Shown: positions 45,446-55,052 of the stretch, piece after piece
Numbering within the stretch: the stretch's first letter is position 1
Layout of the letters: the number at the start of each line of letters is the position of its first letter
Assembly (NCBI GenBank): GCA_016178725.1
Contig: JACOSV010000026.1
Span: forward strand, 21,965 to 85,964
From: Candidatus Eiseniibacteriota bacterium
GTDB taxonomy: Bacteria; Eisenbacteria; RBG-16-71-46
DNA length: 64,000 bases
Reading direction: 5' to 3'
The notes under the pieces: model-generated
What the model saw: the letters and a program-made list of their open reading frames with translations, nothing else
What the model was told of the DNA's origin: nothing
The model's database searches: none
Made by a program: the position numbers and the translations under genes

Positions 45446-47341
45446 GCGTCGCTTCGCCCGGCGCTTCGGCGCGCCCCGTGACATCGCGCTCGTTCGCCGC
45501 GCCGCGTTCGCCCGCGGGCTCGCTTCGCGCACGTGCGCGTGCGTGCGGCCATCGGCCTGGTCGCCGCCTCGCGCGGCGTCCACCAGCGCCTGCGGCGCCG
45601 TCACCTCCATCGCGAGCAGCGCGTGCGAGAGCGTCTTTCCCTGCGCGTCGAGGCGCAGCGACACCGTGCCGCCGCCGCCGAGCGACTCGTGGAGCAGGAA
45701 GTTGAGCGCCCAGAGGTTCGGCACCTCGTGGCGCTCGACCCTGCCCTCGCAGATGCCGCGGAAGCGCCGCTTCACCGCCGTCGCGGTGAGCGTCTGCTTG
45801 AGCCACGGATAGATCTCGGGCGCGCGCGCGATCACGCCGATGTTGCAGGTGTCGCCCTTGTCGCCGCTCCGCGCGTGGGCGAGTGTCGCAAGCGGCACGC
45901 GCACGGTGCGCGTCGATCCCGGCGCCTTCGGCCATTCCACGCGCGGCGCGCCGCCGGGCGCCCGCGCCGGCACCAGCGGCGTCGGCCACTCGAGCGCTCG
46001 CTCGCCGTCGCGCGTCACGAGCTTCGGTTTCACGCGGTCGCGCGGCACGAGCGCCGGCCAGTACGCGACCACCTCCTGCGCCTGCGGGCGCCCGCCGGTG
46101 ACCGCGACGCCCGGAGGGCCGGAGAGGATCACGCCCGGGACGAGCCTGGCGAAGCGCTCGATCTTCTCGCGGTCGGCATCGCGCACCGAGAGCCGCAGCA
46201 GCACCTCGGGCGGATCGGTCGCCGGCGCGAGCGGGCCCCAGCATGCGGACGCGCCCACGTACTCGACGTGGCGCGCCGCGAACTCGAGGCCGAGGCGCTC
46301 CCAGAAGAGCGCCGCGAACGCCTCGGCCTTGGCGAGCGCGTCGGGCGCCGAGATGATGAGCGAGCCGCTGGCCTTCCAGCCGTCGAAGTGCGACACGCTC
46401 ACCTTGAGGTTCGCCGGCGCCGGCCGGCCGCGCACGCCCCACACGCGCACGCGATCGCGGCCGATCTGCTCGAGGCGGATCGAGCCGAAATCGGCGACGA
46501 CGTCGGGCGTGATGTAGCTGCGCGGATCGCCCATCTCGTAGACGAGCTGTTCCTTCACCGTGCGCACCGTCACCGCGCCGCCGGTGCCGGCGTGCTTGGT
46601 GACGACGAACGACCCATCCGCCGAGACCTCGAGCAGCGGATAGCCGATCTCGGCGAAGCGCGGCACCGTGCGCCAGTCGGTGAGGTTGCCGCCGGTGGAC
46701 TGGGCGCCGCACTCGACGATGTGCCCGGCGACGATGCCGGAGGCGAGGCGGTCCCAGTCGTCGGGCTTCCAGCGGAACGCGTGGATCATCGGCGCGAGTG
46801 TGATGCCGGTGTCCGTGCAGCGGCCGGTGACGACGATGTGAGCGCCGTGGTCGAGCGCGTCCACGACCGGCCACGCGCCGAAGTAGGCGTTCGCGGACGA
46901 GACGCGGTCGCGGATCGCCGTGAACGCGCCGCCGTCGTCCATGTGGTCGAGCGAGACGCCGGCCGCGTTCAGCTCGCCGAGGCGGTCCATCAGGTCGTCG
47001 CCCAGCACCGCCGCGACCTCGATCGCGCGCCCGTGCGTCTGCGCCATCGCCAGCAGCGCCGCGCGGCAGGCGAGCGGATTGACGCCGCCGGCGTTCGAGA
47101 TCACGCGGATGCCGGCGTCGACCAGCCGCGGCAGCGTCTCTTCGACCTGGGTGACGAAATCGCGCGCGTAGCCGGCGCGGGGATCGCGCGCGCGCTGCTT
47201 CTGCATGATCGACATCGTGATCTCGGCGAGGAAATCGAGCGTCACGACGTCGACCGGACCGAGCTCCACCTGCCGCCGGAACTGGGCGGGGTCATCGCCC
47301 CAATACCCGCCCGCGTTGGCGATCCGGATCACATCGGCCAT
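45443..47341 (-). CDS. AtuA-family protein (acyclic terpene utilisation; fused DUF1446 + DUF4387).
   Basis: MADVIRIANAGGYWGDD is the typical DUF1446 N-terminus. The C-terminal RSGDKGDTCNIGVIAR...NFLLHESLGGGG matches DUF4387. Confidence 0.7.
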   Translation of the reverse strand: MADVIRIANAGGYWGDDPAQFRRQVELGPVDVVTLDFLAEITMSIMQKQRARDPRAGYARDFVTQVEETLPRLVDAGIRVISNAGGVNPLACRAALLAMAQTHGRAIEVAAVLGDDLMDRLGELNAAGVSLDHMDDGGAFTAIRDRVSSANAYFGAWPVVDALDHGAHIVVTGRCTDTGITLAPMIHAFRWKPDDWDRLASGIVAGHIVECGAQSTGGNLTDWRTVPRFAEIGYPLLEVSADGSFVVTKHAGTGGAVTVRTVKEQLVYEMGDPRSYITPDVVADFGSIRLEQIGRDRVRVWGVRGRPAPANLKVSVSHFDGWKASGSLIISAPDALAKAEAFAALFWERLGLEFAARHVEYVGASACWGPLAPATDPPEVLLRLSVRDADREKIERFARLVPGVILSGPPGVAVTGGRPQAQEVVAYWPALVPRDRVKPKLVTRDGERALEWPTPLVPARAPGGAPRVEWPKAPGSTRTVRVPLATLAHARSGDKGDTCNIGVIARAPEIYPWLKQTLTATAVKRRFRGICEGRVERHEVPNLWALNFLLHESLGGGGTVSLRLDAQGKTLSHALLAMEVTAPQALVDAARGGDQADGRTHAHVREASPRANAARRTSAMSRGAPKRRAKRR

Positions 47342-47404
47342 GGAGGCGGCAGGTTAGCACAGCGATTCATCAGGCCCGCGCCCCGGTCTGCCGATAACGA
47401 GCGG

Positions 47405-48049
47405 ATGGAATGCGCCGCCGCATCGCCCGACGTCGCGGCGGCGCCCGCGCGCGGCATCACGCTTGCCGCCGTCGGCGCCGCGATCCCCGACCTGGCACTC
47501 GCCGGCGCGTTCCTCGCGACCTGGATCGCGCCGTCACCGGATCGCGTCTGGGCGATCAACGGCCTCATGCTCCTCATGCTGCTCGAGTTCATCAACGTCC
47601 ACTCGTCGGCGTTCATGGGGCAGACGATCGTGAGCGCGATGCCGCGCCCGCAGAAGGCCGCGGCAATCGTGACGCTCGGCGCGTTCTACACCCTGTTCGT
47701 CGGCGCGTTCTCGCTGGCGATGCGGCAGCTCTGGCCGCTCGTGAGCTTCTGGGGGCTCACGCTCAACCGGCTGCTCGGCGTGCTGATCGGGCAGGCGCCC
47801 GCGGGCGAGGAGGCGCTCTTCCTGCGCCGCACATGGGCGGCGTCCGTGATGTTCTACCTGCTCGGCGCGTTCGTCACGACGCTCGCGCCGCTGCCGCGGC
47901 TCGGCGTGTCGCCCGCGATCATGGCGCACTTCAATCGGATGGGGACGAGCGGCCTCTGGCTCGACCAGCCGTGGCGCGTGCTCGCGTTCGGCTTCATCTA
48001 CTTCACCGCGGTCGCCGTGTCGGAGCTCTTCGGCCACCGCTGGATCTAG
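47405..48049 (+). CDS. Hypothetical polytopic membrane protein.
   Basis: 4-5 hydrophobic helices (LMLLMLLEFINVHSSAF..., IVTLGAFYTLFVGAFSLA...). Low-confidence start. Confidence 0.35.
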   Translation: MECAAASPDVAAAPARGITLAAVGAAIPDLALAGAFLATWIAPSPDRVWAINGLMLLMLLEFINVHSSAFMGQTIVSAMPRPQKAAAIVTLGAFYTLFVGAFSLAMRQLWPLVSFWGLTLNRLLGVLIGQAPAGEEALFLRRTWAASVMFYLLGAFVTTLAPLPRLGVSPAIMAHFNRMGTSGLWLDQPWRVLAFGFIYFTAVAVSELFGHRWI

Positions 48050-48212
48050 GCGAGCGCGCTGCCGCACGCGCACTGATCCGCGCGGCCCCGGCGGCGCGGC
48101 GGCGACGCGCGCCCGTTGTCGGCGGCGCGGCGCGCGTGCTAGCCTCGCCCGTCTCGACGCTCCGGCATCGGTCCGCGGCATTCGGACCGGTCGCCCCGAT
48201 CCACCGGCCGAG

Positions 48213-48809
48213 GTGCCCATGTCCGCCCGCACGCTGACGCTCGCCGACGTCGCCGCCCCGCGCGCCGGCGTCTTCTCGAACACGATGCTCGTCGTCGTCG
48301 CGAGCGTCGTCACGGCGCTCGCCGCGCAGCTCTCGATCCCCGTGCCCTGGTCGCCGGTGCCGATCACCGGGCAGACGTTCGCCGTCGTGCTGTCGGGCGC
48401 CGTGCTCGGCGCGCGGCGCGGGTTGATCGCGCAGGCGCTCTATCTCGCCGAGGGCGCGATCGGACTGCCGGTGTTCGCGGAAGGCCGCGCCGGCATCGCC
48501 GTGCTGATCGGGCCGACCGCCGGCTACCTGTTCGCGTTCCCGGTCGCGGCGTGGGTCGCGGGCGCGCTCGCCGAGCGCGGCTGGGATCGCCGCTTCGAGA
48601 CCATGCTCGGCGCGATGTTGATCGCGACCGCGGTGATCTTCGCCGCCGGCCTCGCGTGGCTCGCGCGCTTCGTGCCCGCCGGCCGCGTGTTCGCCGCGGG
48701 CCTCGTGCCGTTCATCCCCGGCGACATCCTCAAGTCCACGCTCGCGGCACTCGCCTTCCCGGCCGCGTGGCGCTGGACGCGATCGCAGGGGATGCCGCCC
48801 GACGCGTGA
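48213..48809 (+). CDS. bioY: Biotin transporter BioY (ECF S-component).
   Basis: PITGQTFAVVLSGAVLG, GPTAGYLFAFPVAAW, PFIPGDILK. Confidence 0.8.
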   Translation: MPMSARTLTLADVAAPRAGVFSNTMLVVVASVVTALAAQLSIPVPWSPVPITGQTFAVVLSGAVLGARRGLIAQALYLAEGAIGLPVFAEGRAGIAVLIGPTAGYLFAFPVAAWVAGALAERGWDRRFETMLGAMLIATAVIFAAGLAWLARFVPAGRVFAAGLVPFIPGDILKSTLAALAFPAAWRWTRSQGMPPDA

Positions 48810-49666
48810 CGATCCAGACGGTCGCGGTGCTCGGGGCCGGCCTGATGGGCCGGGGCATCGCCTACGCATCGTCGCTCGCCGGCTACCGCACGATCCTCGA
48901 AGACTCGAGCGCCGAGGCGCTCGACCGCGCCTGCGATGAGATCTCGGCCCTGCTTGAGAAAGGCGTCGCCACCGGCAAGGTCGCGGGCGAGGATTCGATC
49001 GCGGCGCGCAAGCGCCTGACCGTGACGCGCAGCGTCGAGGCCGCCGCGGCGGCCGCCGATCTGGTCATCGAGGCGGTGCCCGAGACGATCGAGCTCAAGC
49101 TCGAGATCTTCGCCGCGGTGGATCGCAAGGCGCCGCCGCACGCGATCCTGGCCTCGAACACGTCGTCGCTCTCGATCACCGAGATGGCGGCCGCGACGCA
49201 GCGGCCGGCCCGGGTGGTCGGCATGCACTTCTTCAATCCCGTCCACCGCATGCGCCTCCTCGAGGTCGTGCGCGCGCTCGAGACCAGCGACGAGACGATC
49301 GCGGCCGCGTGCGAGGCGGGGACGAAGATGGGCAAGGAGTGCGTGATCGTGCGCGAGTCGCCGGGGTTCGTCACGAGCCGCATCAACGCCATGATCGGCA
49401 ACGAGGCCTTCTACATGCTCCAGGAGGGGGTCGCGAGCGCGCGCGACATCGACAAGGCGCTCAAGCTCGGGCTCAACCATCCGATGGGTCCGTTCGAGCT
49501 GGTGGATCTGGTCGGGCTCGACACGCGGCTCGCGATCCTGCGCTTCCTTCACCGCTCGCTCGGCGACAAGTTCCGGCCGTGCCCGCTGCTCGAGCAGTAC
49601 GTCGCCGCCGGACGTCTCGGTCGCAAGTCCGGGCGCGGCGTGTACGACTACCCGCCGGCGTCGTGA
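48806..49666 (+). CDS. hbd: 3-hydroxyacyl-CoA (3-hydroxybutyryl-CoA) dehydrogenase.
   Basis: VAVLGAGLMGRGIA, NTSSLSIT, HFFNPV, PGFVTSRI. GTGA overlap with bioY. Confidence 0.85.
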   Translation: MTIQTVAVLGAGLMGRGIAYASSLAGYRTILEDSSAEALDRACDEISALLEKGVATGKVAGEDSIAARKRLTVTRSVEAAAAAADLVIEAVPETIELKLEIFAAVDRKAPPHAILASNTSSLSITEMAAATQRPARVVGMHFFNPVHRMRLLEVVRALETSDETIAAACEAGTKMGKECVIVRESPGFVTSRINAMIGNEAFYMLQEGVASARDIDKALKLGLNHPMGPFELVDLVGLDTRLAILRFLHRSLGDKFRPCPLLEQYVAAGRLGRKSGRGVYDYPPAS

Positions 49667-50418
49667 TGGCGCGGACGCGCGCGGCGCCGAAGAAGCGCAC
49701 GGCGAAGCCGGCACGCAGGGCGGCGCAGGCGGCGGCGAAGCGCACGCGCAAGGTCGCGCGCCGGAGCGCGCCGACGGCCAAGGCGCGAAAGAACGCACGA
49801 GCCGGCAAGCGGACCGGGACCGGAAAGCCGAAGCGTACGCGCGCGTCCCACTCGCGGCGCAGCCGGGCGATCCGTCGCGCGGATGCCCGTCGGCGGGCCG
49901 CTCGCCGACCGCCGGTCGCGCAGGCGTTCGAACAAACCGCCGGCGCATCGCCCAAGCAGCGTCTGCTCTTCGACCTCCTGCGCGCGCGCACCGCCGTGCG
50001 CGCCGCGGTGGCGGGCCTCGGCGGCGGGTCGGGCGATCAGCCGATCGCGCCCGGCAAGTGGAGCGCGCGTGAGACGCTGCTCCACCTCGTGACGCGCGAC
50101 CACGCCCGGCTGACCGAGATGGAGGCCGCGCTGCGCGGCACGCCGGCGTCGTGGGAGGGCGCAAAGCCCGCCGACTGGGCGCGCATCAACGCCGAGACCA
50201 TGGCGCCGATCCGCCCGCTGTCGTGGGAGGACACGCTTCGGCTCCTCGATCGCACGCGCGAGCGGCTGATCGAAGCCCTGGAGAGCGTGCCCGACGACCG
50301 ACCCGAAATCTGGGCCGAGTCGCACGCGTTCGGCAAGATGTTCCTCGACTTCCACGAGCACGACCGGCATCACGCCGAGATCCTCAAGCGCTGGCGGACT
50401 CGCGGCCGCCGCGGGTAG
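49666..50418 (+). CDS. DinB_2-like domain protein with a ~100-aa Lys/Arg/Ala-rich histone-H1/AlgP-like N-terminal tail.
   Basis: N-terminus MARTRAAPKKRTAKPARRAAQAAAKRTRKVARR... C-terminal W..RETLLHLV..., HEHDRHHAEILKRW. ATG overlaps the hbd stop. Confidence 0.5.
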   Translation: MARTRAAPKKRTAKPARRAAQAAAKRTRKVARRSAPTAKARKNARAGKRTGTGKPKRTRASHSRRSRAIRRADARRRAARRPPVAQAFEQTAGASPKQRLLFDLLRARTAVRAAVAGLGGGSGDQPIAPGKWSARETLLHLVTRDHARLTEMEAALRGTPASWEGAKPADWARINAETMAPIRPLSWEDTLRLLDRTRERLIEALESVPDDRPEIWAESHAFGKMFLDFHEHDRHHAEILKRWRTRGRRG

Positions 50419-50449
50419 ACTCCGCCGCTCGATCTCCCGTGAGGACGCC

Positions 50450-51913
50450 ATGACCGAAACACTCGCGCCGGTGCGCCCCGGCAAGCTGATCATCGACGGA
50501 CAGGCGGTGGACGCCGCCTCGGGCCGGACCTTCACCACCGCCAATCCCGCGACCGAAGAGCCGGTGACGCAGGTCGCCGAGGCCGGCGTCGAGGACGTCG
50601 ATCGCGCCGTGCGCGCCGCGCGCGCCGCGTTCGACGACGGCCCGTGGCCGAAGATGCGGCCCGCGGAGCGCCAGCGCATCCTGACGAAGCTCGGCGATCT
50701 CGTCCTCGCGCACGCCGACGAGCTCGGACGGCTCGAGACGCTCGACAACGGCAAGCCGATCTTCGAATCGCGGCAGATTGACGTGCCGATGGTCGCCGGC
50801 TGCTTCCACTATTTCGCCGGGTGGGCGACCAAGATGACCGGCGAGACGATCCCGGTCGCGCCGCAGTGGTTCACCTACACGCTGCGCGAGCCGCTCGGCG
50901 TCGTCGGCGCGATCATCCCGTGGAACTTCCCGATGATCATGGTCGGCTGGAAGTGCGCGCCGGCGATCGCGGCCGGCAACACGGTCGTGCTCAAGCCGGC
51001 GCTCGAGACGCCGCTCACCGCGATCCGGATCGGCGAGCTGGCACTCGAGGCCGGGCTGCCGCCGGGCGTGCTCAACGTGCTGCCGGGGCGCGGCTCGGTC
51101 GCGGGCGAGGCGCTGGTCAAGCATCCGCTCGTGGACAAGATCAGCTTCACCGGCTCGACCGAGGTCGGCCAGCACATCATGCGCGTCGCCGCCGACACGG
51201 TGAAGAAGCTGACGCTCGAGCTGGGCGGAAAATCCCCCAACATCGTGTTTGCCGACGCCGATCTCGACGCCGCAGTGCGGGGTGCCGCGACCGGGATCTT
51301 CTACGGCAAGGGCGAGGTGTGCGCCGCGGGATCGCGGCTCCTGGTCGAGCAGAGCGTGCACGACGCGTTCGTCGCCAGGCTCGCCGATCGCGCGAAGAAG
51401 ATGACGCCCGCCGATCCGATGGATCCCAAGACGCGGCTCGGCGCGCTGGTGAACGAGGCGCAGATGAAGAAGGTGCTCGGATACGTCGCGACCGGCGTTG
51501 GCGAGGGCGCGCGGCTCGTCGCCGGCGGCCAGCGCCAGCCGGTCAACGGCCGCGGCTGGTTCGTGCAGGCGACCGTGCTCGATCAGGTCGAGAACACGAT
51601 GCGCATCGCGCAGGAGGAGATCTTCGGCCCGGTGCTCGCGGTGATCCCGTTCGCCGACGCCGACGACGCGGTGAAGAAGGGCAACGACATCTTCTACGGC
51701 CTCGCCGCGGGCGTGTGGACGCGCGACGTCGGCAAGGCGCATCGCGTCGCGCGTCAGCTCCGCGCCGGCACGGTGTGGGTGAACATGTACAACTTCTACG
51801 ATCCCGCGATGCCGTTCGGCGGCACCAAGGGCTCGGGATTCGGCCGCGACCTGGGCGCCGAGTCGCTGCGCGACTACACGCAGACGAAGAGCGTGTGGAT
51901 GAACATCGAGTAG
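50450..51913 (+). CDS. NAD(P)+-dependent aldehyde dehydrogenase.
   Basis: Catalytic Glu in LELGGKSP and nucleophile Cys in GEVCAAGSR; GSTEVG. Confidence 0.85.
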   Translation: MTETLAPVRPGKLIIDGQAVDAASGRTFTTANPATEEPVTQVAEAGVEDVDRAVRAARAAFDDGPWPKMRPAERQRILTKLGDLVLAHADELGRLETLDNGKPIFESRQIDVPMVAGCFHYFAGWATKMTGETIPVAPQWFTYTLREPLGVVGAIIPWNFPMIMVGWKCAPAIAAGNTVVLKPALETPLTAIRIGELALEAGLPPGVLNVLPGRGSVAGEALVKHPLVDKISFTGSTEVGQHIMRVAADTVKKLTLELGGKSPNIVFADADLDAAVRGAATGIFYGKGEVCAAGSRLLVEQSVHDAFVARLADRAKKMTPADPMDPKTRLGALVNEAQMKKVLGYVATGVGEGARLVAGGQRQPVNGRGWFVQATVLDQVENTMRIAQEEIFGPVLAVIPFADADDAVKKGNDIFYGLAAGVWTRDVGKAHRVARQLRAGTVWVNMYNFYDPAMPFGGTKGSGFGRDLGAESLRDYTQTKSVWMNIE

Positions 51914-51915
51914 CG

Positions 51916-53130
51916 ATGGACCGCACGCCGCGCGTGCTCCTGGCCGGGGGCGCGCGCACTCCGATCGGCAACTTCGGCGGCGCGCTCGCCGCCTCGTCGG
52001 CCGCCGAGCTCGGCGGCGTCGCCGCGCGCGGCGCGCTCGAGCGCGCGCAGGTGCCGCCCGCCGCCGTGGACGAGGTGATCTTCGGCCACGCGCGACAGGC
52101 CGGGAACGGTCCCAACCTCGCGCGCCAGGTCGTGCGCCGCGCCGGGCTCGCCGATTCCGTGCCCGCGTTCACGATCAACAAGGCGTGCGCCTCGGGACTG
52201 CAGGCGATCGTCTCGGCGGCGCAGAGCGTGCGGCTCGGCGACAGCGCGGTCGTGCTCGCGGGCGGCACCGAGCACATGTCGAGCATCCCGTTCCTCGCCG
52301 TCGACGTGCGCTGGGGCAAGAAGCTCGGCGACGAGCGGCTGGTGGACGCGATGTATCGCGATGGCTACCTGTGCCCGCTGTGCGACCAGCTGATGGGCGA
52401 GACCTGCGAGACGCTCGCGACCGAGTACGCGATCGCGCGCGAGGAGCAGGACGCCTACGCGCTCGAGAGCAACCGCCGCGCGTCGCGCGCATGGCAGGAG
52501 GGGCGCTTCGCCGGCGAGGTGGTCGCGATGACGGTGGGCGAGGGGAAGCGCCGCCGCCATCCAAGTCAGTCAGGCGGCGCCGCGCACGTGACGCGCGACG
52601 AGCACTTCCGCGCCGACGCGTCGCTCGACGAGATGGCGAGGCTGAAGCCGGTGTTCCGCAAGGACGGCACGATCACCGCCGGCAACGCCTCGGCGATCAC
52701 CGACGGCGCCGCGGCGATCGTCGTGCTCTCGGAGGCGGCGGCGAAGCGCCACGGCGTGGCGCCGCAGGCGGCGCTGCTCGGCTCGGTGTCGGTGGCGGTC
52801 GATCCGGCGCGCATGGGGATCGGGCCGGTGCCGGCGGTGCGCGCGCTGCTCCAGCGACACGCGCTCACGCTGGAACAGATCGACGTGATCGAGCTCAACG
52901 AGGCGTTCGCCTCGCAGGTGCTCGCCTGCGATCGCGAGCTGCGCTTCGACCGCGAGCGGCTGAACCCGAACGGCGGCGGCATCGCGCTCGGCCATCCCAC
53001 CGGCTGCAGCGGCGCGCGGATCATGGTCTCGCTGCTCTCCGAGCTCGGGCGCGTGAAAGGCCGCTACGGCATCGCGACGCTGTGCGTCTCGGGCGGCCAG
53101 GGCATGGCGGTGCTGGTGGAGCGCGTGTAG
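51916..53130 (+). CDS. Acetyl-CoA C-acetyltransferase (thiolase II).
   Basis: NKACASGLQAI (active Cys), C-terminal NPNGGGIALGHPTGCSGARI and CVSGGQG. Confidence 0.85.
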   Translation: MDRTPRVLLAGGARTPIGNFGGALAASSAAELGGVAARGALERAQVPPAAVDEVIFGHARQAGNGPNLARQVVRRAGLADSVPAFTINKACASGLQAIVSAAQSVRLGDSAVVLAGGTEHMSSIPFLAVDVRWGKKLGDERLVDAMYRDGYLCPLCDQLMGETCETLATEYAIAREEQDAYALESNRRASRAWQEGRFAGEVVAMTVGEGKRRRHPSQSGGAAHVTRDEHFRADASLDEMARLKPVFRKDGTITAGNASAITDGAAAIVVLSEAAAKRHGVAPQAALLGSVSVAVDPARMGIGPVPAVRALLQRHALTLEQIDVIELNEAFASQVLACDRELRFDRERLNPNGGGIALGHPTGCSGARIMVSLLSELGRVKGRYGIATLCVSGGQGMAVLVERV

Positions 53131-53137
53131 CCGGGCC

Positions 53138-54250
53138 TCATGACCTCGCCGCTCGACATCGCGACGCGATCGCCTCGGCGTAGACCTCGCGCACCTGGCG
53201 CGCGACCTCGCTCCAGCCGTAACGCTCGGCACGCAGGCGATTGCGCTCGCCCATCGCGCTCCGCCGCGCCGGATCGCGCGCGAGCTCGGCGATCGCGCCC
53301 GCGAGCGCCGCGCCGTCGCCGGGCGGGATGAGCCGCGCGCCTTCCAGGTCCACCACGTCGCGATAGCCGCGGATGTCCGAGCACACGACCGGCCGCCCGC
53401 ACGCCATCGCCTCGAGCAGCACGATGCCGAAGGACTCCTGGCCGGTCGCCGGGGAGATGAAGAGATCGCAGCGCCGGTAGCGCTCGGCGAGCGTTTCCTC
53501 GACGCCGATCGGGCCGTGGATCGTGACGCCGGGGAGCGCGTGGCTCGCGTCGGGCGTCCCCTGGCCGACGATGTCGAGCGACACCTTCTCGCCGCGCTCG
53601 AGCAACCGGCGATAGGCGTCGAGCAGCACCGGCAGGCCCTTCCGCGGGTCGCGCCAGTTGCCGACGAACAGGAGCCGCAGCGTGCCGTTCGGAGCACTGC
53701 CTTCGCCCGCCGCGGGCGGGCGGAACGTCGCGGTCGGGACGCCGTTCGGGATCACGTGGAGCGGGCGTTTCCACACGCGCCCGGCGTAGTCCGCGGCGGC
53801 GGGCGAGACGGCGATCGCGGCCTGCACGGCGGGGAGGAGCGCGGCGCCCACCACGGCGCGCGCGACGCGGCTCATCGCCGGCTCGGACTCCGCGTACATG
53901 TGGAACGTCGCGACGTGCGCGGCGCGGCCCGGCAGCCGCAGCGCGTACCAGCTGATGACCGGAACGAGCGGCTCGTGGTGGTGGACGACGTCGAACCGTC
54001 CGTGCTGGATCATCGCACCGACCGTCCAGGGCGCGACGAGCAGCGCCATGTGGTTCGCCGCGCCGTTGGCCGGGATGTTGACGATGCCCCCGAACCCGTG
54101 GACGCCGGCGGGCGGCGTCCCCCGGCTCCAGGGGCCGGCGACCGTGACCTCGTCGCCCGCCCGGCGCAATGCGTCCGCGAGGTGGAACGCATGGCGTTTG
54201 ACCCCGCCCTCATCGGCGATGTCGTAGGGGACGACGATGCAAACGCGCAT
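53138..54250 (-). CDS. GT4 glycosyltransferase, PimA-like (phosphatidylinositol mannosyltransferase-like).
   Basis: The N-terminus MRVCIVVPYDIADEGGVKRHAFHLADALRRAGDEVTV resembles PimA. C-terminal E..G.VLLEAMACGRPVV motif. Confidence 0.75.
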   Translation of the reverse strand: MRVCIVVPYDIADEGGVKRHAFHLADALRRAGDEVTVAGPWSRGTPPAGVHGFGGIVNIPANGAANHMALLVAPWTVGAMIQHGRFDVVHHHEPLVPVISWYALRLPGRAAHVATFHMYAESEPAMSRVARAVVGAALLPAVQAAIAVSPAAADYAGRVWKRPLHVIPNGVPTATFRPPAAGEGSAPNGTLRLLFVGNWRDPRKGLPVLLDAYRRLLERGEKVSLDIVGQGTPDASHALPGVTIHGPIGVEETLAERYRRCDLFISPATGQESFGIVLLEAMACGRPVVCSDIRGYRDVVDLEGARLIPPGDGAALAGAIAELARDPARRSAMGERNRLRAERYGWSEVARQVREVYAEAIASRCRAARS

Positions 54251-54282
54251 GGGCGACCGGAAGACGGCCGAACGCTAACGGG

Positions 54283-54900
54283 TCAGCGACGCGCCTCGAT
54301 CGCCTCGGCGAATCGGGCTGCAACCCAGCGGTTACCTTCCTGCGTCAGATGGATCCCGTCGACGAAGCAATCGAGCGGGATGTCCGACAGCTCGACCAGC
54401 GCCAGACGGCGCCGGGCGGCGATCGAGCGATAGGCCTCGTTCAGCTCGAGGACGTGACCGTTCATGCTCCAGGGCTCGCGCGGCGCGCCGAACCCGCGCT
54501 TGCCCGGCAGGGTGGCGAGGTACACGAAGCGTCCCGCCGCGCGGCACTGGTCGAGCACCGCTTCGCAGGCGATCAGCGTCTGCTCGAGCGATCGGTTCTG
54601 CTTCGCGTCGTTGGTCCCGCCCCACAGGCACACTTCGCCGGCCTCGGGCACGGAGAGAAGCTCGTGGTAATTGCGTCGCCAGATCTCGGACCAGCCGTCG
54701 CCCGGCACGGCGAAGTTGACCGTCGCCCAGATCTGGTCGTGCTTCTGGGACAGCATGCGGCCCAGGTACATGGGATAGCTCATCCCGTCCGGGTCACGCG
54801 ACCCGTAGGTCAGCGAATCGCCCTGACAGGCGATGAGTCCGTAAACCAGACCGCGGCGTGTCGTTGGCCTCGTCTCCGTAAGGCTTGCTTGTTCGGTCAT
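54283..54900 (-). CDS. SGNH/GDSL hydrolase (lipase/acylhydrolase-like).
   Basis: GDSLTYG block I, GTNDA block III, DGIHLT block V. Immediately upstream of the GT4 gene on the same strand. Confidence 0.65.
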   Translation of the reverse strand: MTEQASLTETRPTTRRGLVYGLIACQGDSLTYGSRDPDGMSYPMYLGRMLSQKHDQIWATVNFAVPGDGWSEIWRRNYHELLSVPEAGEVCLWGGTNDAKQNRSLEQTLIACEAVLDQCRAAGRFVYLATLPGKRGFGAPREPWSMNGHVLELNEAYRSIAARRRLALVELSDIPLDCFVDGIHLTQEGNRWVAARFAEAIEARR

Positions 54901-55052
54901 CGTCCCCCCATGTCCGCTGCTCGTCGCAATGCCGCCCGGAGTGTATATTCCCGCGCGCCGGTCGAGCAACGTGCCGCCACACCTCACCCGTACCCCGGAG
55001 ACTGCCGGGATCGTCCGGGAGGGCGTCGCCCTTCCTGCCGATTCGCCCGATC

